A DNA stretch of 64,000 nt from contig OY969695.1 in assembly GCA_963701965.1 (NCBI GenBank), positions 3,264,001-3,328,000 of the forward strand, written 5' to 3'. The translations under genes were made by a program, and so were the position numbers. Below are positions 19,131 to 28,129 of this stretch, one piece after another (position 1 is the first letter of the stretch; each line of letters opens with the position of its first letter). The stretch is from an uncultured Gemmatimonadales bacterium. GTDB taxonomy: Bacteria; Gemmatimonadota; Gemmatimonadetes; Gemmatimonadales; Gemmatimonadaceae. The notes under the pieces were generated by a model that ran no database searches, was not told where the DNA came from, and saw nothing but the letters and a program-made list of their open reading frames with translations.

Positions 19131-20120
19131 TCAGTATCCGCGCGCCTTGTCGTAGAGATTTTCCAAGGGGCAGCCGTCGAGATACCGCTGGAGATTGTTC
19201 GCGAAGAGCGCCGCCATCCGCGTGAAGTAGTACGGCGTCAGGCCGGCGACGTGCGGCGTGACGATGACGTTGGGCATGTCCCACAGCGGATTGTCCGCCG
19301 GCAACGGCTCGGTCTCGAAGACATCGAGCCCCGCGCCCGCCAGCCGACCGGCGCCTAGTGCCGCGATCAGCGCGGCCTCGTCGACCACCGCGCCGCGCGA
19401 GATGTTGTAGAGGTAGGCGCCCGGTTTCATGCGGGCGAAGAGCGCGGCGTCGAACAGACGGTGGGTCTCCGTCGTGTACGGGACCGTGATCGCTACGTGG
19501 TCGGCGGCGCCGACGAGCGCGGGGAGATCGCGCGGCGCGTACAGCTCTACGCCCTCGCCGCCCCGCGCGACATCGCGTCGGGTCGCCACGATCCGCATGC
19601 CGAATCCCCGCGCCCGTTCCGCCAGCGCGCGCCCGATCGCGCCAAAGCCCACGATGCCGAGCGTCTGTCCGGTCAACTCGGCAGACGGGCCCTCGTCGTG
19701 CGTCCACCGGTGCGCCCGCTGGGCGTGCGCGTACGTATCCAACCGTCGCGTGAACACCAGCATGTAGCCCATGATGTGCTCGGCGATGTTGGGCCCGTGC
19801 ACGCCGGCGGCGTTGGTCACCATCACCTGCCGCGCTTCAATGTCCGGCGGCACACGACGATCCAGGCCCGAGGCCCAAAAACTGACCCAGCGGAGTCGCG
19901 GCGCCATCGCCGACACTTCAGCCGGCAGATTGCCGCAGACGATCACCTCGGCGTCTCGCACGATCGCCAGATCGCCGGTGGACGTCGCGAAATGCAGCTC
20001 GACCCGGTCGCGCAACGCCGGGCGCGCATCAATCGCATCCTGAAACGGCGTCGCGCCGTCCCGGAGTTGCACGCCGTCCCGCGGCGTCGCCAGCACCACG
20101 ACGATCGTTTTGGCCATCAC
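19131..20120 (-). CDS. D-2-hydroxyacid dehydrogenase
   Basis: 'GIVGFGAIG', 'NISRGAVVDE', 'LDVFETEPLP', 'TPHVAG'. Confidence 0.92.
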   Translation of the reverse strand: MMAKTIVVVLATPRDGVQLRDGATPFQDAIDARPALRDRVELHFATSTGDLAIVRDAEVIVCGNLPAEVSAMAPRLRWVSFWASGLDRRVPPDIEARQVMVTNAAGVHGPNIAEHIMGYMLVFTRRLDTYAHAQRAHRWTHDEGPSAELTGQTLGIVGFGAIGRALAERARGFGMRIVATRRDVARGGEGVELYAPRDLPALVGAADHVAITVPYTTETHRLFDAALFARMKPGAYLYNISRGAVVDEAALIAALGAGRLAGAGLDVFETEPLPADNPLWDMPNVIVTPHVAGLTPYYFTRMAALFANNLQRYLDGCPLENLYDKARGY

Positions 20121-21079
20121 GCGCCGCCTCGCAACGTTCGCACTAATCGCAACAATCCTCCCACCATATCGCCAAAGACATTCCGCGCGGGCGGGACGGG
20201 TTCCGTCAACGCCCGCGCAAACGCGCCCGCCGAATCGTGCCGGTCCGACGGTTCGATGGCCATGGCTTTGGCGATCGCGACGTCGATGCTCTTGGGTACA
20301 TCGGGACGCCGCGCCCGCACGCGCGGGGTGATCGAGAGGTCCGGTGCCAGCGCCACCGCCAGACCGGTAAACCCCGGAAAAGCCTGTTCGCCCGCCAGCA
20401 TCTCGTACAGCACGACGGCGAGGGAGTACACGTCCGACCGGGAATCGATCCGGAGGCCCGCGGACTGCTCCGGACTCATATAGGATGGTGTCCCGACCGT
20501 GTATCCCGTGTCCGTCAACCGGGGGTCGCCCGTCGACGACAGCGGCCGGGCGATGCCAAAATCCACGAGAAGCGCCCGACCGTCGGCGATGAGAATGTTC
20601 TCGGGTTTGATGTCCCGGTGCACGATGCCAATGTCATGGGCATGATCGAGGGCGTCCGCCAGCCCGAGCGTGATGGTGAGCGCGGCGTCGATGGGCATCC
20701 GCCGCTCGCGCCGCACGCGCTCCCGCAGCGTCTCGCCCTCGACGTATGGCATCGTGAGCCACAGCTGTCCGGAGCCGATCTCTCCGGAATCGAGCGCCAC
20801 CAGGATGTTCGGGTGTTGCAACCGGGGCGCCAGGCTGATCTCGCGTCGAAAACGCTCCGATCCCACGTTCCCGGCGAGCTCCGGGCGGAGCACCTTGAGG
20901 GCAACGCGACACTGGCGGATCGTATCCTCGGCCAGATACACCGTCGCCGTCGCGCCGCGCGCCACTTCGCGCTCGATGCGAAGGCTCCCCAGCGCCGCTC
21001 GGAGCATCGACAATTCATCGGTTTCTGCGGTCACCGCGGCAGAAGATGCCACGAGACGTGCCGGTTCCGCCACCGGCAT
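20117..21079 (-). CDS. Hanks-type serine/threonine protein kinase (cytoplasmic, kinase domain only)
   Basis: 'VALKVL', 'HRDIKPENIL', 'DFG', 'GTPSYMSPEQ', 'SDVYSL'. Confidence 0.92.
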   Translation of the reverse strand: MPVAEPARLVASSAAVTAETDELSMLRAALGSLRIEREVARGATATVYLAEDTIRQCRVALKVLRPELAGNVGSERFRREISLAPRLQHPNILVALDSGEIGSGQLWLTMPYVEGETLRERVRRERRMPIDAALTITLGLADALDHAHDIGIVHRDIKPENILIADGRALLVDFGIARPLSSTGDPRLTDTGYTVGTPSYMSPEQSAGLRIDSRSDVYSLAVVLYEMLAGEQAFPGFTGLAVALAPDLSITPRVRARRPDVPKSIDVAIAKAMAIEPSDRHDSAGAFARALTEPVPPARNVFGDMVGGLLRLVRTLRGGA

Positions 21080-21136
21080 TACGCAGAGCGGCCTACGGAG
21101 GTACGATGAACGACGGCCGGTTGGGCAGTCGCCCGC

Positions 21137-21823
21137 TTACTTGATCGGTGGCGGCGACGTCTTGGTGTAGCCCTCGGGGATGACGAACTCCTTGTCCCCG
21201 ACGTCGTGCCGGTCGATGCTCGTGACCTGCCACACCACCCGTTCGGGCCCATTGGCCCGCGAGATGATCTTGAGGGGGAAGTAGCCGCCCGGGAACCGGC
21301 TCCCGAGGTCATCGTACGTCGTGTCGGTGGAGGTGTTCGTGGTGCCACCCATCGCCTGCGCGCCGTTGATTTCGGGGTCGGCGACGAAGACGCCCATGTT
21401 GTTGGCCACGCACACATCGATCATTTGCGCGGATCCCACCGTGAAGAACTTGCACGGGTGGCCAGCGATCTCGTCGGTCCGTGATGTCTTCGAGACGACG
21501 ACGGTGCCCGCGCGCGGTTGGTACCCGTCCTCCTCGAGCGCTTGGCGCCATTCCTTGGCGCGTTCGCCCATGTCCACGGTCCAATACTGCTTCTTGGAGG
21601 GATTGATCACCGTCCGTGTCCGGGCGTCAAAATCGTACAACACGGTGACCTTGCCGATCGCCGTCAATGTGACGTCGAGGCGTTCCTTTGGCCACTTCTG
21701 GGTGAACGTAGCCTTGCCCGTGTGGCCTTTGATGAAAGCGGTATTGGCCGTGACCGTTCCTTCGAATCGCCCCTGCTGAACGACGAAGAGGATCGCCAGC
21801 GGGGCCAACAGAATCGGGCGCAT
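21137..21823 (-). CDS. Secreted DUF4412-like protein
   Basis: Signal peptide; 'FEGTV', 'TDEIAGHPC', 'FPLK', 'FVIPEGY'. Confidence 0.7.
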   Translation of the reverse strand: MRPILLAPLAILFVVQQGRFEGTVTANTAFIKGHTGKATFTQKWPKERLDVTLTAIGKVTVLYDFDARTRTVINPSKKQYWTVDMGERAKEWRQALEEDGYQPRAGTVVVSKTSRTDEIAGHPCKFFTVGSAQMIDVCVANNMGVFVADPEINGAQAMGGTTNTSTDTTYDDLGSRFPGGYFPLKIISRANGPERVVWQVTSIDRHDVGDKEFVIPEGYTKTSPPPIK

Positions 21824-21893
21824 GTGAGGACGATAGTCGTGTGCCCTCCCGGTCGACTATTCGACTTTAGTCTATGGTCGCTAGTATTCATCC

Positions 21894-22625
21894 ATGAGCC
21901 TGGACGGACGCGTTGCCTTGGTGACGGGAGGCAGTCGGGGGATCGGCCAGGCGATCGCCATCGCGCTCGCCGCGGCGGGGGCCCATGTCGCCGTCAATTA
22001 TCGAGAGGACGCGGCCGGTGCGGACAGGACGGTGGCTGACATCAAGAAGGCCGGTGGCCATGCGCTCGCCGTGCGGGCCGATGTCGCATCGCTCGATGAT
22101 GTCGCGACGATGATCGCCACAGTCGTCAGCCAGCTCGGCAACCCGGCGATTCTCGTGAACAATGCCGGCATGGCCCAGGTGCGGACGATCGACACGTTGG
22201 GACTCGCCGACTTCGACGACGCGATCCGCGTGAACCTGCGCTCGGCGTTCATGGTGACGGCGGCCGTCGTGCCGGCCATGCGCCAAGCGCGCTGGGGCCG
22301 GTTGATCTGGATCTCGTCGATCGCCGCCAACCTCGGCGGCGCCATCGGCCCGCACTACGCCGCGTCGAAGGCCGGCATGCTCGGCCTCATGCACGGCTAC
22401 GCGGCGCAGCTCATCAAAGAGGGCATCACGTCGAACGCCATCTCGCCCGCCCTGATCGACACCGATATGGTGCGCGCCGCGCCCCACATCACACCCGACC
22501 GTGTGCCGATCGGACGATTTGGCTCGGTCGACGAAGTCGCCGATATCGCCGTCCTTCTCGCCCAGAACGGCTACCTCACGGGACAGACGATCCACGCCAA
22601 CGGCGGCATGTACTTCACGAGCTGA
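21894..22625 (+). CDS. SDR family oxidoreductase (FabG-like)
   Basis: 'TGGSRGIG', 'NNAG', 'YAASK'. Confidence 0.93.
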   Translation: MSLDGRVALVTGGSRGIGQAIAIALAAAGAHVAVNYREDAAGADRTVADIKKAGGHALAVRADVASLDDVATMIATVVSQLGNPAILVNNAGMAQVRTIDTLGLADFDDAIRVNLRSAFMVTAAVVPAMRQARWGRLIWISSIAANLGGAIGPHYAASKAGMLGLMHGYAAQLIKEGITSNAISPALIDTDMVRAAPHITPDRVPIGRFGSVDEVADIAVLLAQNGYLTGQTIHANGGMYFTS

Positions 22626-23850
22626 GCACGGCGCGCGCCGCGCGCGCCACGAGGTAGTTCCGCTCCGGTACACTCGTCGTCCGCCCGGCCGCCGCGCGGT
22701 AATGCGTCGCCGCCGCCTGGCGATCCCCCGCCATCTCCAACAAATGCGCGCGGACCGCGTCCAGGCGATAGTGGCCGGCAAGACGCTTGTCGGCGCCGAG
22801 CGTGTCCAACAGCGCCAACCCCTCGGCGGCACCATGCACCATGGCGACGGCGATCGCCCGGTTGAGTGTCACCATGGGATTGTCGGACATGCGCTCGAGG
22901 AGCCCATACAACGCGAGAATCTGCGGCCAGTCGGTCTCCGCGGCTCGCGCCGCCTCATCGTGGACGGCCGCGATCGCCGCTTGTAATTGGTACACCCCGA
23001 CTGATCCCCTCGACAACGTCGCCGTAATGAGCGCCACCCCCTGGGCGATCTCGCGCTGATCCCACAGGCCGCGATCCTGCTCCGCGAGCGGAATCAACTC
23101 TCCTGCTGCTCCCGTCCGCGCGCTCCGGCGCGCATCCGTCAGCAGCATCAAGGCCAGCAACCCCGCGACCTCCCCATCGCGCGGCAGCTCGAGCCGCACG
23201 GCCCGCGTGAGGCGAATCGCCTCGTTGGCGAGATCGCGGCGTTGCAGGCGCTCGCCGCGGCTCGCGGTATACCCTTCATTGAAGATCAGGTACAACACGT
23301 GGAGCACCGCGGCGAGTCGTTCGTCGCGCTCGTCGGGCGTCGGCAGACGGAACGGCACCCCCGACGTTTTGATCCGCTCCTTGGCCCGGCTGATGCGCTG
23401 CGCCATCGTCGCCTCGGGCACCAGAAACGCGCTGGCGACCTCAGCGGTCGTCAACCCGCCAACCGCCCGCAGCGTGAGCGCGATCGCCGATGGCGTCGTA
23501 AGGGCCGGATGGCAACACATGAAGAGCAGGATGAGCGTGTCGTCCCGCTCGACCGCGTCGCCGTCCGGCGCCAGGTCGGTTGGACTGGTCCCGGCGCTGG
23601 GATCCATAGCCACGGCTCCTTCGCGGCGCCGCCGCGCGAAATCGGCGCGTAATTGGTCCGTCATGCGGCGCGCTGCGACATGGACCAACCACGCGCGCGG
23701 GTTGTCCGGCACCCCGGCTTTCGGCCACTGCGCCGCGGCCGCCATCAGCGCCTCTTGCACAGCGTCCTCGGCCGCATCGAAATCGCCGAATCGCCGGACG
23801 ACCGCGCCGAGTACCTGCGGCGCCAGACTGCGCAGCAGGTCCTCGCTCAT
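22615..23850 (-). CDS. ECF RNA polymerase sigma factor with long C-terminal extension (YciI/DGPF-associated type)
   Basis: 'AEDAVQEAL', 'FMCCHPAL', 'TMAQRISRAK', 'LYLIFNEGY', 'YQLQAAIAAVH'. ATG at 23850 overlaps the yciI-like stop. Confidence 0.9.
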   Translation of the reverse strand: MSEDLLRSLAPQVLGAVVRRFGDFDAAEDAVQEALMAAAAQWPKAGVPDNPRAWLVHVAARRMTDQLRADFARRRREGAVAMDPSAGTSPTDLAPDGDAVERDDTLILLFMCCHPALTTPSAIALTLRAVGGLTTAEVASAFLVPEATMAQRISRAKERIKTSGVPFRLPTPDERDERLAAVLHVLYLIFNEGYTASRGERLQRRDLANEAIRLTRAVRLELPRDGEVAGLLALMLLTDARRSARTGAAGELIPLAEQDRGLWDQREIAQGVALITATLSRGSVGVYQLQAAIAAVHDEAARAAETDWPQILALYGLLERMSDNPMVTLNRAIAVAMVHGAAEGLALLDTLGADKRLAGHYRLDAVRAHLLEMAGDRQAAATHYRAAAGRTTSVPERNYLVARAARAVLSS

Positions 23851-24248
23851 GCGTCGTGCGGTGGCGGCTCGCTCATCACCTGGCGCACTTCGATCGGCAT
23901 GTTGAGCGGCTTGCCTCCCGGCCCCGGCGCCGCCGAGGCGCGCGCGGCGAGCGCGTACGCGCGCCCGGCGTTCTCCACGTCCACGATCCAGTATCCGGCG
24001 AGAAATTCCTTTGCCTCGGCGAACGGCCCATCGGTCACCGCGGGCGCGCCGCCGTTGGTCGCGCGCACGATCCGCGCTTCGGCCGGCGCCGCCAGGCCTT
24101 CGCCTCCCACGAACTCTCCGGACGCCCGCAGTTCCTTGTCGAACCGCATCATGAACGCGATGTGTGCCTGGAAATCCGCCGGGGTCCACTGGGCGACATT
24201 CCAATCCCCAGTCCCGCGCGGCGCGTGCATCATTAACATGTACTTCAT
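23847..24248 (-). CDS. YciI family (DGPF domain) protein
   Basis: 'TDGPFAEAKEFLAGYW', 'IEVRQV'. Confidence 0.9.
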   Translation of the reverse strand: MKYMLMMHAPRGTGDWNVAQWTPADFQAHIAFMMRFDKELRASGEFVGGEGLAAPAEARIVRATNGGAPAVTDGPFAEAKEFLAGYWIVDVENAGRAYALAARASAAPGPGGKPLNMPIEVRQVMSEPPPHDA

Positions 24249-24325
24249 GGTCTTTGCTCCCGTGGTTTTCCTTCAGTCGGAGCTGAGCCCCCGTTCTCGA
24301 CATCCCTCATGCGCTGGATCCGCCG

Positions 24326-24598
24326 ATGACTCACCAACGCACCCTCGCCATGTTGTTCGAGCATCCCCTCAATCACAATATCGAGTGGCCGGACGTCCTT
24401 CACCTCCTCGAGTCTCTCGGGACCGTCTCCGAAGGGGGGAAGGGCTCGCTCCACGTCACGGTGAACGGCCAGACGACGGTCCTTCACCCGCCCAAACACA
24501 AGGATCTCAAAGACAGCGAACAGCTGATGGAGATCCGGCATTTCCTCCGCCGCGCCGGGATCCAGCCGCCGCACCCGGACAAAGGACCGACAGCCTGA
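24326..24598 (+). CDS. HicA-like small protein
   Basis: 'TLAMLFEHP...NIEWPDV..LL..LG', 'LHPPKH', 'RHFL..AGI.P' resemble the HicA-like family. Confidence 0.6.
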   Translation: MTHQRTLAMLFEHPLNHNIEWPDVLHLLESLGTVSEGGKGSLHVTVNGQTTVLHPPKHKDLKDSEQLMEIRHFLRRAGIQPPHPDKGPTA

Positions 24599-24734
24599 AC
24601 GTCATCGCGTACGCCGCCACGGCCGTGATCGGCTTGCCCTCACAGTATCGCTCGCCACGTGGACCGAGACTCGATCGAGATAGATTGTAAATCCACTGGT
24701 AACAGAGCGGGCAACGACTCACGAGGAGCGTACC

Positions 24735-25589
24735 ATGCATCGCATTACGCTTGTCGGCGTCGCGTGCGCAGCGACGCTCGTCCTCCCGGCATGCACCAGC
24801 GACACGCCCACCGCCCCGACGGACGATCCCAACATCGCGACAGCGGCGCAGATGGCCGCGGCCTACGCCGGATTCCACGTCGCCAACATCCAACAGCTCC
24901 ACGCCGCGCTCCAGCAAGCGCTCGATGCGGCACAGAAGACCGAGAACGGCGGCTTCGGCCTCAACATGTGGGGCACCATCGTCAGCCAGGAAGGCTTCGT
25001 CCTGGCCGTGGTGTTCACGGGCGAGAAAGAGGCGGATCAGTGGCAAGGTAGCCGGGTGATCTCGGCGCAAAAGGCGAACACGGCGCGCGATTTCAGCCTG
25101 CCATCCCTCGCGCTGTCCTCCGCCAATCTGTACTCGGCGACCCAACCCGGCGGCACGCTGTTCGGTCTCCAGGAGTCGAATCCGATCAACACCGACGCCG
25201 CCTACGGCGGTCACGCGAGTCAGTACGGCACCGTGAATGACCACATGGTCGGGAAGCGCATCGGTGGCATCAACGTGTTCGGCGGTGGCCTCGCCCTATA
25301 CGACAACGGCGGCAACTTCCTCGGCGGCGTCGGCGTGTCGGGCGATGCGTCGTGCGCCGATCACAACATCGCCTGGAAGGTCCGCAGCCTCATGGAGCTC
25401 GACTTCGTGCCCGCCGGCGTCGATCCGGTGATCACGGTCAAAGGGCATACGGACGACAACATTGTCTACGACATCGACGCCAGTGGGAAGAGTCCCAGTG
25501 GCTGGGGACACCCGGTGTGCAACCAAGCCACGGAGGACATCGGCCTCAAGCTCCCCGTGGACTTCCCTATCCACTTCGTGACGCAATAG
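24735..25589 (+). CDS. GlcG/HbpS-like heme-binding lipoprotein
   Basis: GAGGAG RBS; lipobox 'LPAC'; 'ISAQKANTA', 'FGGGLALY', 'GGVGVSGD...DHNIA'. Confidence 0.8.
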   Translation: MHRITLVGVACAATLVLPACTSDTPTAPTDDPNIATAAQMAAAYAGFHVANIQQLHAALQQALDAAQKTENGGFGLNMWGTIVSQEGFVLAVVFTGEKEADQWQGSRVISAQKANTARDFSLPSLALSSANLYSATQPGGTLFGLQESNPINTDAAYGGHASQYGTVNDHMVGKRIGGINVFGGGLALYDNGGNFLGGVGVSGDASCADHNIAWKVRSLMELDFVPAGVDPVITVKGHTDDNIVYDIDASGKSPSGWGHPVCNQATEDIGLKLPVDFPIHFVTQ

Positions 25590-25677
25590 CTGATGTGAGG
25601 CTCCGCGAGGTCGTCGAAGAAGCCGGGCTCGCGGAGCAGGGTCTAGCGGAGCGTTCGACCGAGCGCCAAGATATGGC

Positions 25678-27099
25678 ATGGCAACTAAAATTTTCGGGGT
25701 TCTCGCCGGCGGGCTCCTCGGATCGAGCCTAGCCAGCGGCCAACAGCTCGCACCCGCCACCCGCCAGTTCGTCACGGTGGCCGAGCCCGCGGTCGTCCTC
25801 ACGAACGCGATGGTGATCGATGGAACGGGCGCGCCGGCCGCGCGCGGCCAGACCATCGTCCTTCGGGACGGCAAGATCGTCCAGATTGGCCCCGCGTCGA
25901 GCGTCCAGGCGCCGACGGGCGCGCGCACGATCGACCTCCACGGGCAGACCGTGATCCCGGGACTCGTCGGGATGCACGACCACCTGTTCTATTCGGCGGT
26001 CGGCGGCCGCGAGATGATCATCTCGTACTCGGGGCCGCGTCTCTACCTCGGCTCGGGCGTGACCACGATCCGCACGACCGGATCGGTGTCACCATACGCC
26101 GACATCGCGACGAAGACCGATATCGACAACGGACGCCAGCCCGGCCCGCACATCTATATCACGGCGCCGTACATCACCGGCCGGGGCCCGAACGGCAGCG
26201 GCATCATGGCCGTGCTGGATTCTCCCGACCAGGCGAAGCACTTCATCGACTACTGGGCGTCCGAAGGCGCCACGTGGGTCAAGGCGTACACCGACATCCG
26301 GCGGGCCGAGCTCAAAGCGGCCATCGATGAGGCCCACGCGCGCGGGCTCAAAGTCACCGGCCACCTGTGCTCCGTCACCTACGAGGAAGCGGTCGATTTG
26401 GGCATCGACAACCTCGAGCACGGGTACGCGACCGACACCGATTTCGATCCCCAGAAGACGCCCGATGTGTGTCCGGCCGGCAGCCTCGCCCGGGTTGGCG
26501 GGACGGCGCCCGACGCCGCGACATCGCGCGCGGTGTTCACCAAGATGATCGACCACAAAGTGTCGATGACCTCGACGCTCGACGTGATCGAGTCGCTGTT
26601 GCCGCAGCGGCCCTACGATCCCCGGACGCCCGACCTCATGGCGCCCGATCTCCGCAAGGCATTTCTGGCGTTGCGCGCCCACATCGATTCGTCCGCCGAC
26701 TGGCCGTTCAAGACCGTCGTGATCAAGAACGCCGAAGCCTACGAAAAAGCGTTCGTGGATGCGGGCGGGTTGCTGGCGGCCGGCTGCGACCCCACGGGAA
26801 TCGGCGGCGCGCCGGCCGGACTCGGCGACCAACGCAACTATGAGCTCTTCATCGAGGCCGGCTTCACGCCCGCGCAAGCCGTGCAGATCATGACGGCCAA
26901 CGGCGCCAAGATCCTCGGCGCCTACGCGACGATCGGCTCGATCGAACGCGGGAAAGCCGCGGATTTGGTAGTACTGGACGGGGACCTCACCGCGGATCCG
27001 TCCGTGATCCACAAAGTCACGACCGTGTTCAAAGACGGTGTGGGATATGATTCCAACAAGCTCATCGCTTCAGCCAAAGGCCACGTCGGAATAGATTGA
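25678..27099 (+). CDS. Secreted metal-dependent amidohydrolase
   Basis: Signal peptide; 'PGLVGMHDH', 'GVTTIR', 'LEHG', 'GSIERGKAADLVV'. Confidence 0.9.
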   Translation: MATKIFGVLAGGLLGSSLASGQQLAPATRQFVTVAEPAVVLTNAMVIDGTGAPAARGQTIVLRDGKIVQIGPASSVQAPTGARTIDLHGQTVIPGLVGMHDHLFYSAVGGREMIISYSGPRLYLGSGVTTIRTTGSVSPYADIATKTDIDNGRQPGPHIYITAPYITGRGPNGSGIMAVLDSPDQAKHFIDYWASEGATWVKAYTDIRRAELKAAIDEAHARGLKVTGHLCSVTYEEAVDLGIDNLEHGYATDTDFDPQKTPDVCPAGSLARVGGTAPDAATSRAVFTKMIDHKVSMTSTLDVIESLLPQRPYDPRTPDLMAPDLRKAFLALRAHIDSSADWPFKTVVIKNAEAYEKAFVDAGGLLAAGCDPTGIGGAPAGLGDQRNYELFIEAGFTPAQAVQIMTANGAKILGAYATIGSIERGKAADLVVLDGDLTADPSVIHKVTTVFKDGVGYDSNKLIASAKGHVGID

Positions 27100-27102
27100 A
27101 GG

Positions 27103-27867
27103 ATGGATCACACAATAGTCTCACGCGACGAATGGCTGGAGGCGCGGAAGCGCCTGCTGGTCAAAGAGAAGGAGCTGACGCGCGCTCGTGATGCGGTGGC
27201 GACCGAGCGGCGGGCATTGCCGTGGGTCAAGATCGAGAAGACCTACGTGTTCGACGGTCCCAACGGGCCGGTGACGCTCAGCGAGCTCTTCGAGGGCAGA
27301 AGTCAACTCATCCTGCAGCACTTCATGTTCGGCCCGGACTGGGACGAGGGGTGTGTCGGCTGTTCGTTCAAGTCCGATCACATCGACGGTGCCCGGATGC
27401 ACTTCGAGCACCACGATGTGGCGTTCGCCTCGGTGTCGCGGGCGCCGATCGAGAAGATCGAAGCGTATCGCCGGCGCATGGGTTGGACGTTCACGTGGGT
27501 GTCGTCGACGCGGAACGACTTCAACTTCGACTTTCACGTGTCGTTCACGCCCGACCAGATCGCCCGGGACCGCGTCTACTATAACTACGCCGAGCAGCGC
27601 GCCCAGGGCATGGACGAGGCGTCCGGCGACAGCGTCTTCTATAAAGATGCGGCCGGCGATATTTATCATACGTATTCGACGTTCGCCCGCGGCGATGAGA
27701 TGCTCGTCGGCGCATACAACTATCTCGATCTGACTCCCAAAGGGCGCAACGAGACGGGTCCGGGCTTCAATCTCATGGACTGGGTGAAGCGCCACGATCG
27801 GTACGTGGACGAATCCCAGCCCCACCAGATCGCGTCGCGACGCCGGGCAGGCTCTGCCAATGTGTAG
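27103..27867 (+). CDS. DUF899 thioredoxin-like protein
   Basis: 'EWLEARKRLLVKEKELTR', 'FMFGPDWDEGCVGCS', 'LDLTPKGRNE'. Confidence 0.9.
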   Translation: MDHTIVSRDEWLEARKRLLVKEKELTRARDAVATERRALPWVKIEKTYVFDGPNGPVTLSELFEGRSQLILQHFMFGPDWDEGCVGCSFKSDHIDGARMHFEHHDVAFASVSRAPIEKIEAYRRRMGWTFTWVSSTRNDFNFDFHVSFTPDQIARDRVYYNYAEQRAQGMDEASGDSVFYKDAAGDIYHTYSTFARGDEMLVGAYNYLDLTPKGRNETGPGFNLMDWVKRHDRYVDESQPHQIASRRRAGSANV

Positions 27868-28129
27868 AAATATCCGGCCTCTCTTCAACTTCGAGCCGCC
27901 CGTCACCGAGGATGAAGTGCGGGCGGCTTCCCTGCAGTTCGTGCGCAAGATCAGCGGTTTTCACAAACCCTCGAAAGCGAACGAAGCCGCTTTCGCGGCC
28001 GCGATCGAGGACATCGCCGCCGTCTCGCGCCGCCTGATGGCGTCGCTCGAGACCCACGCGCCGCCCCGCAATCGCGAGGAAGAAGCCGCCAAGGCGAAAG
28101 CCCGCGCCGCGACGCGGTACGGGACCTAG
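27860..28129 (+). CDS. DUF2277 family protein
   Basis: 'MCRNIRPLFNFEPP...AASLQFVRKISGF.KPS'. Confidence 0.9.
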   Translation: MCRNIRPLFNFEPPVTEDEVRAASLQFVRKISGFHKPSKANEAAFAAAIEDIAAVSRRLMASLETHAPPRNREEEAAKAKARAATRYGT

